DNA of 62,693 nucleotides, the filler included, from Nitrospinota bacterium (lineage in GTDB: Bacteria > JAUXIQ01), in NCBI GenBank assembly GCA_030620925.1. It is 13 parts of 13 records of this genome, joined end to end, with 100 filler letters (N's around TTAATTAATTAA, not from the genome) between each part and the next. Parts side by side here need not be neighbours in the genome. Positions count along the whole stretch, not along the records: positions 8,401 to 13,073 come from JAUXIQ010000208.1; positions 13,174 to 22,096 come from JAUXIQ010000058.1; 11 more parts are not named here. One strand, given 5' to 3'. The notes beneath the pieces were generated by a model. It searched no databases. It was not told the origin of the DNA and saw nothing but the letters and a program-made list of their open reading frames with translations. Of this stretch, positions 9,656-17,478 are shown piece after piece (the first letter of the stretch is position 1; each line of letters opens with the position of its first letter). The position numbers and the translations under genes were made by a program.

Positions 9656-10105
9656 TCACTTCTCTTCCTCTTTCTTCCCTGCCTTGCCGGCAGGCAGGCC
9701 TGCCTTCTTCTTTCTTTTCGGCAGCTTTGACATGCTCACCACCACGTTGAAACTGTAGGTACTTAGCTGTTCCTCCCTGCCGGGAAAGCGGAACAGCAGC
9801 AGGTCGCGGATGCGGGTGTCCATGTAATAAATGGTGCCTTCGGTGAAAGTGCTCTGGCCCTTGTCAATGCCCAGCAACTGGCGGGCCTCCTCGTTCATGG
9901 CCTGGGCCTTTGCATAGAAGTCCCTGGCCTGGCTGCGCAGCTCCTTGGCCTGCTGAACATTGTTCTTCAGCCCGGCCATGTCCAGCTCTTCCAAAGGGCT
10001 GTCATCGCCCAACTCCTCGTGGCGCTCGATGATGTTTTCATTCAGTTCAATGAGCTTGTCAGGGCTCTTGCGGGGGATGTCCACCCTTACGTTTCTCTTT
10101 GGCAT
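9656..10105 (-). CDS. Hypothetical helical protein with a Lys-rich tail
   Basis: 149-aa ORF with coding-like composition and an AT-rich upstream region; no function recognised. Confidence 0.75.
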   Translation of the reverse strand: MPKRNVRVDIPRKSPDKLIELNENIIERHEELGDDSPLEELDMAGLKNNVQQAKELRSQARDFYAKAQAMNEEARQLLGIDKGQSTFTEGTIYYMDTRIRDLLLFRFPGREEQLSTYSFNVVVSMSKLPKRKKKAGLPAGKAGKKEEEK

Positions 10106-10635
10106 ATTGCTGTGTTTTTAACAGAAATGGCACTAAAGGTAACAAAATATTGTGATATTAATGTTGTAGTAGCTTAGTACATTATCGTTGTTAGTAACTA
10201 CAAGATTGTCTGAAGAAGATATTATATTGTCTTAATATACTTTTTTATTGTATTTAATATAGACGATAATAAAGTGCTTAATAACGATATTCTTTTATGT
10301 AATGACGAGCTTGTCCTATATTATGACAAGCTCGTCTTTTGATGATACATGCTTTATATTGATGAAAAGAAGAAGAAAATGAGAGGAAAGAAGGGTAAAT
10401 GGAAAGGAACGGGTGAAGAACAATGTGCTTAGAGCCTCCTGTGTACTATTGTGCTTAATTATTTTCCCCGTACTTTAGGGCAGGTGCCTGCTAAAACACC
10501 ACAAATAGGGCTTCAGCCCTTAAAAATCAATAGCTTGAAGGGTTATTACTTTGTTATTATTATCCCCGCCCTAAAGGACGGGGCTAAAAAATTCCTTTCT
10601 TTTTTAGTTAGCTACAAGGCACAGACCCCCGCAAA

Positions 10636-10709
10636 ATAGCCCCGATGGTAGCGGTTACCCCGCAGTTCCCGCCTTTTGGCGGGACGAGGAGTAATAGCGG
10701 ACAGCGGGA
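10636..10709 (+). repeat. Intergenic imperfect palindromic repeat with a nested mini-hairpin
   Basis: ATAGCCCCGATGGTAGCGG...TAGCGGACAGCGGGA enclosing TTCCCGCCTTTTGGCGGGA. From recall it resembles Bacteroidota intergenic repeats (unverified). Confidence 0.5.
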
Positions 10710-10792
10710 AGAGCGCCTGCTAAGAACTGCTGAAGTATCGCTCCTGACGGTACTCCTGACGGAGACGTCAGGACGTTCCGTTCAAAAAGTTA

Positions 10793-12742
10793 TTATGCCG
10801 TAGACTTCGCGGCAGCTTTGCCTTTCTCCCCCACCATCTTGGCGGCAGTTTCGGCAATGCCTTCGGGGTGGTATCCGCACTCGGTGTGCAGTTCCAGTTG
10901 GGAGCCGTGCTCGATCACGCGGTCGGGTATGCCCAGGCGGGTCACTTGTGCCCGGTAGCCGTTATCGGCCATGAACTCCAGCACCGCGCTGCCCATTCCG
11001 CCCGTAATGCTGCCATCCTCCACGGTGATTACTTTATCGAATTTGCCGAGGACCTCATGTAACAGCAGCTCGTCAATGGGCTTCACGAAGCGCATGTCGT
11101 AATGGGCCGCACTGATACCTTTAGTTTCCAGAGCTTCGCAGGCTTCCGTGGCATAGTTGCCCGGGTGGCCGATGGTGAGGATGGCGATGTCCTCCCCGTT
11201 TCGGGTTCTGCGCCCGGTGCCGATCTTCACTTCCTTCATGGGGGTTTTCCATTCCGGCATTACGCCCTGCCCCCTCGGGTAACGGATCACGAAAGGATGG
11301 GTCATTTTATCCAACTGGGCAGTATACATAAGGTTGCGCAGTTCTTCTTCATTCATGGGTGCGCTTACGATCATGTTCGGTACGCAGCGCAAATAGGAAA
11401 GGTCGTAACAGCCGTGGTGAGTGGGGCCGTCTGCACCCGCCACGCCAGCACGATCCAGGCAGAAGATGACGGGGAGATCCTGCAAAGCTACATCGTGGAT
11501 CACCTGATCATAAGCCCGCTGCATAAAACTGCTGTAGATGTTGCAGAAAGGGCGCAGGCCCTGGGTAGCCAGTCCTGCGCTGAAGGTAACGGCATGCTGC
11601 TCGGCAATGCCTACATCGAAAGAGCGCTCCGGCATAGCCTCCATCATAATGTTAAGCGAGCTGCCTGAAGGCATGGCCGGGGTAATGCCCATGATCTTGT
11701 CGTTCTTTTCGGCCAGCTCAACGATGGTGTGCCCGAATACTTCCTGGTAATTGGGCGGCTGCGGACTTTTCGGGATCACTTTGGTGATCTCGCCCGTTTC
11801 CTTGTTGAACAGGCCGGGAGCATGCCACTTGGTAGCACTGCCTTCTTCGGCCGGCTCGTAGCCCTTGCCCTTCACCGTGAGGCAATGCAGGAGCTTGGGG
11901 CCGGGAATGTCCTTCAGGTCTTTAAGTACTCTGGTTAGGTGGTCAATGTCATGGCCGTCAATAGGGCCGAAATAACGGAAGTTGAGTGCCTCGAAAAGGT
12001 TACTGTGCTTCAGCAGGGAGGTCTTCAGCACTTCGGTCACTTTACTGGCAATCTCCCGTGCATTTGGCCCGAACTTGCTGATCTTACCCAGCAAGTTCCA
12101 CACTTCGTCCTTCAGCTTGTTGTATGTGTGGGAGGTAGTGACGTCTGTTAGATAATCCTTCAGCGCGCCCACATTGGGATCAATACTCATGCAGTTGTCA
12201 TTGAGGATTACCAACAGGTTGGTATCCGACACCCCGGCATTGTTCAACCCCTCGAAGGCAAGGCCGGCAGTCATGGCACCATCTCCAATTACTACAATAT
12301 GCTTACGATTATTGTCCCCTTTGTATTTGTTCGCTTCAGCCATACCCAATCCTGCTGATACAGATGTGGAGCTGTGCCCAACGCTAAAAGTGTCGTACTC
12401 GCTTTCGCTTCTTTTTGGGAAACCGCTAATTCCCCCATAAATGCGATTGGTATGAAACGTTTCCTTGCGGCCGGTAAGCACCTTATGGCCGTAAGCCTGG
12501 TGGCCAACATCCCAGATAAGTTGGTCATAAGGTGTGTTGAAGACATGATGGATGGCTACAGTCATCTCTATGACTCCAAGGCTGGCCCCTAAATGGCCGC
12601 CTTTTTTGGAGACGATGTCAATGATGAAATCCCTCAACTCCTCGCATACCTGGGGAAGGTCTTCTTCTCTTAGCTTCCGAAGATCTGCGGGATATTCGAT
12701 GTTATCCAGCAGGGGTTTTGCTTTGATCTTTTTTCGCGGCAT
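10793..12742 (-). CDS. dxs: 1-deoxy-D-xylulose-5-phosphate synthase
   Basis: GGHLGASLG, WDVGHQAYGHK, GDGAMTAG...LNDN, DVGIAEQHA, YSSFMQRAYDQ, DRAG..GADGPTH and IRYPRG motifs. Confidence 0.97.
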   Translation of the reverse strand: MPRKKIKAKPLLDNIEYPADLRKLREEDLPQVCEELRDFIIDIVSKKGGHLGASLGVIEMTVAIHHVFNTPYDQLIWDVGHQAYGHKVLTGRKETFHTNRIYGGISGFPKRSESEYDTFSVGHSSTSVSAGLGMAEANKYKGDNNRKHIVVIGDGAMTAGLAFEGLNNAGVSDTNLLVILNDNCMSIDPNVGALKDYLTDVTTSHTYNKLKDEVWNLLGKISKFGPNAREIASKVTEVLKTSLLKHSNLFEALNFRYFGPIDGHDIDHLTRVLKDLKDIPGPKLLHCLTVKGKGYEPAEEGSATKWHAPGLFNKETGEITKVIPKSPQPPNYQEVFGHTIVELAEKNDKIMGITPAMPSGSSLNIMMEAMPERSFDVGIAEQHAVTFSAGLATQGLRPFCNIYSSFMQRAYDQVIHDVALQDLPVIFCLDRAGVAGADGPTHHGCYDLSYLRCVPNMIVSAPMNEEELRNLMYTAQLDKMTHPFVIRYPRGQGVMPEWKTPMKEVKIGTGRRTRNGEDIAILTIGHPGNYATEACEALETKGISAAHYDMRFVKPIDELLLHEVLGKFDKVITVEDGSITGGMGSAVLEFMADNGYRAQVTRLGIPDRVIEHGSQLELHTECGYHPEGIAETAAKMVGEKGKAAAKSTA

Positions 12743-12844
12743 TTTCAGTTTAAATGGAGGCAGCGCAAAGATAGGGCTTTACCTCATAAACGATGTACAC
12801 CTTTAATTCGTATTGGTTTAAGAGTTTTTAACAATTATCACCCC

Positions 12845-13073
12845 TCAACGATTCGCAATGCGGTATTTCAGCTTGAACTTCAGCAAATACATCACCGGAA
12901 CGATAACGAGAGTCAGGAAAGTCGCAAAGGTAAGCCCGAAGATAACCGTCCAACTCATGGGCCCCCAAAAGACCACGTTGTCGCCCCCGAAGAAAATGTT
13001 CGGGTTGTATTCGCCCAGCAGTCCTGCATAATCGATATTCATACCCGTTGCCAAAGGGAGAAGACCCAGCCCC
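12845..13073 (-). CDS. RND efflux permease (AcrB family), C-terminal fragment
   Basis: LGLLPLATG...FWGPMSWTVIFGLTFATFLTLVIVPVMY corresponds to the last two TM helices. Confidence 0.85.
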
Positions 13074-13173
13074 NNNNNNNNNNNNNNNNNNNNNNNNNNN
13101 NNNNNNNNNNNNNNNNNTTAATTAATTAANNNNNNNNNNNNNNNNNNNNNNNNNNNNNNNNNNNNNNNNNNNN

Positions 13174-13337
13174 ACCCCCCCGGGAGTTTCCTCGTCTTCG
13201 CTGGGATAATAGATTAGGAGACCTCCCCCCACGATTTTGGACATCGGCAAAAGGACTGCCACTGAAGCTAAGATGATAAAAACAGTCATGGCATAGCCCA
13301 ATTTTTGCCCTGTGCGCAGGTCTACAATCTTTCTCAT
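13174..13337 (-). CDS. N-terminus of an exported or membrane-anchored protein (possibly a small c-type cytochrome)
   Basis: RBS-like AAGGGAGG upstream, a hydrophobic segment, then KIVGGGLLIYYP...PGGV; cut by the contig end. Confidence 0.5.
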
Positions 13338-13395
13338 GGTCACAGTTTCCAGGTTTCATGGGGAGGAGAGTTTCTTTTCCTCCCTTTAATCTCAA

Positions 13396-14361
13396 TCATG
13401 AGGTCTCTTCGCCATCCGGTTTTTTCTCTAAATGGGTGTATTCTTTGGCCATGGCCATCAGCCCTGCCATGGTTCCCAGGTTCATGCTGTCCAACGCTGT
13501 TGAGGGGACAACCATTATCGTTGCCTGTCCTTTAAGACCCTCATACAGCATGTTCATGGCCCTTAAATGGAGGGCGGTGGGATTATCTTTATAGCGGGTC
13601 GAGGCCTGCTCGAATTTTTCGGCTATGATGAGCTCGGAGTCACCGAGGATGACCCTGGCCTGTTTCTCCCTCTCTGCCTGTGCCTGCATGGACATGGCGT
13701 CCTGGAGAGCCTGGGGGATGGTGACGTCCCTTAACTCCACGGAAACGGCGCGGATGCCCCAGGGGGTTATCCGCTCATCGATGAGGCTGCCCAGGTCCTT
13801 GTCCAGCTTGAGCCTGCCTTCCAACATGTCGGAGAGGTCGGCCCGCCCGATGATATCCCGAAGAGCGGTCTGTGCCGCCCAGCTAACGGCCATCTGGTAG
13901 TTCTCCACTTCCAGGGCGGCCTTCATGGGGTCCACCACGTGCCAGAAGAGCACGGCGTCCACGTCCACGGGAACGTTATCTTTGGTGAGGGTGGATTCGG
14001 CTCTGAAGATGGTGGTAATAACCCTCAGGTCTATCCAGTAAGCGATGGAATCTACTATGGGGGCGATGGCGAAGAGGCCGGGCCCTTTGACCCTGCTGTA
14101 TTTACCCCATCTCAACACCACGGCTCTATCCCATTGTTTGGCGATCTTTACCATGAAAGCCACGTACAGGGCCAGGGCGAAGAAGCCTGCTCCGATCCAT
14201 GCATTGTGCTGTGCCATGGTGCCGCCGGCGCCGGCGCCGGCGATGATCAGGAAAAGGATTACAGAGAGGGGGTTGACATGTTTCAACCTCTTGGGCATCT
14301 TGAGGCTAATTACCTCTCCTTCCAATTCCTTCGCACCTGCACCTTTAGTTTCTTCGTTCAT
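13396..14361 (-). CDS. SPFH/band 7 (slipin/stomatin-like) protein
   Basis: Two TM helices; RAVVLRWG, LTKDNVPVDVDAVLFW, AAQTALRDIIG and AMSMQAQAERE motifs. Confidence 0.95.
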   Translation of the reverse strand: MNEETKGAGAKELEGEVISLKMPKRLKHVNPLSVILFLIIAGAGAGGTMAQHNAWIGAGFFALALYVAFMVKIAKQWDRAVVLRWGKYSRVKGPGLFAIAPIVDSIAYWIDLRVITTIFRAESTLTKDNVPVDVDAVLFWHVVDPMKAALEVENYQMAVSWAAQTALRDIIGRADLSDMLEGRLKLDKDLGSLIDERITPWGIRAVSVELRDVTIPQALQDAMSMQAQAEREKQARVILGDSELIIAEKFEQASTRYKDNPTALHLRAMNMLYEGLKGQATIMVVPSTALDSMNLGTMAGLMAMAKEYTHLEKKPDGEETS

Positions 14362-14466
14362 CTTTTCCTCCTAACTTAGGTTTTTACCACCTGTAATAAA
14401 AAGAGCTCACTGTCGCTCCCTCCCTCATGGATTAATTTCACATACCACTCAACGCCTCACGAATAA

Positions 14467-15354
14467 TTATAAGAAGAACTTTTCAAGAGGTTTCCTATCA
14501 TGACAGCTCTGACACAGTTCCCTGGCTAAGTCTCTGGTGACCCGCCACATGTGCGGCATGTGGCAAATGGTGCAGTCGCCACCGGTGGCATCCAGGTGTA
14601 TGCCGTGTTTACCAAGCTCGACGATGGAGTTGTGGCATCGTAAACAATCTGTTGAAGTTGGTTTTATGCTCTTAGAATGCGGTTTATGGCACTCCATGCA
14701 GCGGAAGGCCATGGAGCCGTTCCGGGGCCAGAAATTTGCTCCGTCAAGGCCTTGTGATCGGGCTATCTTGGCATGACAGGAGAGACACCTTTCTCTGGTT
14801 GGTCTGAGGTCCGCTTGCTGGCCGCCGTAAGTATGGCAGCCGAGGCAGGCCATTCCTTCCATTCCCACGCCGTGCACCCTTTTTTCGATGTGGCAGTTTA
14901 CGCAGAAGCGTTCTTCGGTGACGAATTTGTGGAGTTCTGTCCCGTGACACTGGGTGCATTCCAACTGAGCCATGAACACGTGCCGGGCGTGCCCGTAGGA
15001 GCGGTTTATGGAAATGGCGGCGTCTCTGGTGAGATGGCATTCTCTGCAGATGTCTGAAGGCACGAGGAAGTGGCCGTAGCGCTCGCTCACCTCTTTGGGG
15101 TTGCTGAACAGGGTTCTTATCATCATCTTGTTCTTTTCGATGATGCTGGCTTCATGGCAGGTATGGCAGTTTATGCCGTTGTGCACGCTCGCTTTCCAGG
15201 CATCGAAGGCTTCGTCCATGAGGTGGCAGGACCTGCAAAATTCGGGGTTGTTTTCGGTGAAATCGTAAGCATAGAAGGCTACGGTTATGGCGCCTATGAC
15301 AACTATAACTCCCAGGATCACAGTTATAATCGACAGCTTGAAGGGGAATTTCAT
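14467..15354 (-). CDS. Membrane-anchored 11-heme cytochrome c with a NapC/NirT-like N-terminus
   Basis: TM helix, PEFCRSCHLM..W..SVH, and 11 CxxCH motifs (CRSCH CHTCH CRECH CTQCH CVNCH CLGCH CLSCH CMECH CLRCH CTICH CQSCH). Confidence 0.93.
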   Translation of the reverse strand: MKFPFKLSIITVILGVIVVIGAITVAFYAYDFTENNPEFCRSCHLMDEAFDAWKASVHNGINCHTCHEASIIEKNKMMIRTLFSNPKEVSERYGHFLVPSDICRECHLTRDAAISINRSYGHARHVFMAQLECTQCHGTELHKFVTEERFCVNCHIEKRVHGVGMEGMACLGCHTYGGQQADLRPTRERCLSCHAKIARSQGLDGANFWPRNGSMAFRCMECHKPHSKSIKPTSTDCLRCHNSIVELGKHGIHLDATGGDCTICHMPHMWRVTRDLARELCQSCHDRKPLEKFFL

Positions 15355-15416
15355 AAACTCTTAACCTTGATCTATTAATCTTTAGCCGTTGGTGCCGCTT
15401 ACAGTTTCATCGATGT

Positions 15417-15797
15417 CTATTTAGAATGTTTAGCTATGGCGTGCTCAATCGCCGATTTAATTTCGTCTCCAGAAGTGGGTTTGACCAAATGGTAAAATAT
15501 CTTTCCCTTTCTTATCTGGCGCTGCGTCTCCAGGGAGTCTTCGCTGGTTATCGTGATTATGGGCAGAGTGTCGTCTATCTGGTTAATTATGGGAATGGTC
15601 TCCGCCCCACCTTCTCTATCCGGGTCCAATTCAAGGATTATAGCGTCATACTTATTTTTAAGTATTTGTTTTAATGCTTCGGTCAATTTCTCAATGAACT
15701 CAAGCCGATAGTTGGATGCACTCAGTAGTTCAGTAAGCTGGTTTCGAAAGTCGGCATCGCTGTTTAAGACAAGAATGTTTATCGTGTTGTTGCTCAT
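15417..15797 (-). CDS. Single-domain atypical response-regulator receiver
   Basis: CheY-fold pattern (PIITIT, LVKP), but the acidic pocket reads VLNSD and the acceptor position reads ILE. Confidence 0.85.
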   Translation of the reverse strand: MSNNTINILVLNSDADFRNQLTELLSASNYRLEFIEKLTEALKQILKNKYDAIILELDPDREGGAETIPIINQIDDTLPIITITSEDSLETQRQIRKGKIFYHLVKPTSGDEIKSAIEHAIAKHSK

Positions 15798-15870
15798 TTG
15801 ATGAATACAAAGCCATCTGTGTGTTTGAACTATCTACTACATTTTCCTTAGGGCATCTTCCTTATTCAGT

Positions 15871-15886
15871 TACAAAAATCGTGCCT
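15871..15886 (-). promoter_or_regulatory. Putative sigma-54 (-24/-12) promoter
   Basis: AGGCACG-ATTT-TTGTA versus consensus TGGCACG-N4-TTGCW; about 75 nt upstream of the receiver gene and next to an NtrC-type activator gene. Confidence 0.65.
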
Positions 15887-16008
15887 TTTGGAGTTGCGGC
15901 CCGGGATGATAGGAGAATTAGGTTATAAATCATTGAAAATATAAGTGAAGTCAGGGAACGTTGCGTTATAGAGAGATTGTGCGAAAATGGGTGTCGGGTG
16001 TTGTCGTC

Positions 16009-16021
16009 TGACAATATGTCA
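16009..16021. promoter_or_regulatory. Candidate enhancer palindrome for the sigma-54 activator
   Basis: TGACA-ATA-TGTCA about 125 nt upstream of the -24 box; more TGTC(A/G) half-sites at 16080-16101; IHF-like TTTCAATGATTTA (minus strand, about 15926-15938) lies between. Confidence 0.45.
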
Positions 16022-16098
16022 TGGCATTGTAGGGTGGTAAGTGCATAAACCCAGAGCCAGAGCCGGATGAGGGCTATTCTGTCGATTTGTCAGTAGTG

Positions 16099-17478
16099 TC
16101 ATGACTCTTTGTCGATGGACGCGGTATCGGGGATGCTGTATTCTCTTAGCTTCCGGTAGAGAGTCCGCTCGCTTATGTTCAGGGCTTTGGCGGCTTTCCC
16201 CCGGTGTCCGTTCATACGCTGGAGCACCTGAATAATATATTTTTTCTCCATTTCTTTGAGGGGGAGAAGGCTTCCCGATTCATCGTTCTCACCAGCATGG
16301 GCTGCCCTCCGGATGTTTGTAGGGAGGTCTTTGGGGCTAATATAGTCGTCTTCTGACATTATGATGGCCCTTTCGATGACGTTTTGCAGCTCACGTATGT
16401 TCCCGGGCCAGGAGTAGGCCATGAGCCTTTCCATGGCCTCGTCGGTTATGGACAGGTTCTTTTTCCCCGTAATGCTGGTATTTTCCATGAAATATTGGAC
16501 GAGGAGTGGAATGTCTTCCTTCCTCTCCCGTAGCGGTGGGATGGACATGGAGAAGACGTTGAGGCGGTAAAAGAGGTCTTCCCTGAACTGGCCGTTTGAC
16601 ACCATCTGGTAGAGGTCTCTGTTAGTGGCGGCGATTATCCTCACTTCCACCCTGATGTCTTTGGTGCTGCCCATGCGGCGGAAGGTCTTACTGTCCATCA
16701 CCCGCAGCATCTTGGCCTGGATTGCAGGGCTGATCTCTCCTATCTCGTCCATGACCAGCGTGCCGGTATCGGCCACCTCAAAAAGGCCGTGCTTTCTGCT
16801 GGCGGCCCCTGTATAAGCGCCTTTTTCGTGTCCGAACAGCTCGTTTTCCAGCAGGTTTTCCTGCAGGGAGCCGCAGTCGATGATAACGAAGGGGCGGTCT
16901 TTCATGGGGCTATGGTGGTGGATGGCTCTGGCGACTAATTCCTTGCCCACTCCGCTCTCCCCCATGATGAGGACAGTGGATTGGGCATTGGCCACCTTAT
17001 TGATAAGCTCCAGGACGTTCTTGATTGCCTGGCTGTGGCCTATTATCCCCTGGAATTCTTCCCTGCGGGCGAGCTCCTGTTTGAGCATAATGTTCTCTTT
17101 TCCTATGAGCTGTTTTTCGTAGGCTTTGGTGATGATTGTCTCCAGCTCTGAGAGGTTGCATGGTTTGGTTATGAAGTCGTAGGCTCCCTGTTTCATGGAA
17201 TTTATGGCGTTGTCCACTGTGGCGTAAGCGGTGAGCATTATTATCTCGATTTCGGGATTTATGTCTTTTATGGCTACCATCGTATCGAAGCCGCTCATTC
17301 CGGGCATCTTTATATCCAGCAATACCACGTTCAAGTTTTCTTCGGCCACCAGCTTCCGGGCCTCGTCTCCGTTGGCTGCGATGCTCACGTTGAACCCTAT
17401 AGAGGCCAGCTCTTCGCTCAGCACTTCTCTGAAGGTATCGTCATCATCTACTAAAAGGACTGCGATGTCCTCTTTCAT
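16099..17478 (-). CDS. Sigma-54-dependent response regulator (NtrC/AtoC family)
   Basis: Receiver (LVDDD, LLDIKMP), GESGVGKE, ELFGHEKGAYTGA, MDEIGE, FREDLFYRLNV, WPGNIREL and a Fis-type HTH. Confidence 0.97.
   Translation of the reverse strand: MKEDIAVLLVDDDDTFREVLSEELASIGFNVSIAANGDEARKLVAEENLNVVLLDIKMPGMSGFDTMVAIKDINPEIEIIMLTAYATVDNAINSMKQGAYDFITKPCNLSELETIITKAYEKQLIGKENIMLKQELARREEFQGIIGHSQAIKNVLELINKVANAQSTVLIMGESGVGKELVARAIHHHSPMKDRPFVIIDCGSLQENLLENELFGHEKGAYTGAASRKHGLFEVADTGTLVMDEIGEISPAIQAKMLRVMDSKTFRRMGSTKDIRVEVRIIAATNRDLYQMVSNGQFREDLFYRLNVFSMSIPPLRERKEDIPLLVQYFMENTSITGKKNLSITDEAMERLMAYSWPGNIRELQNVIERAIIMSEDDYISPKDLPTNIRRAAHAGENDESGSLLPLKEMEKKYIIQVLQRMNGHRGKAAKALNISERTLYRKLREYSIPDTASIDKES

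Noticed and set aside
10106-10640. AT-rich stretch and ORF 10451..10639 as a foreign island
   Set aside because: It looks like an intergenic region containing REP-like palindromes (e.g. CCCCGCCCTAAAGGACGGGG) with no credible protein.
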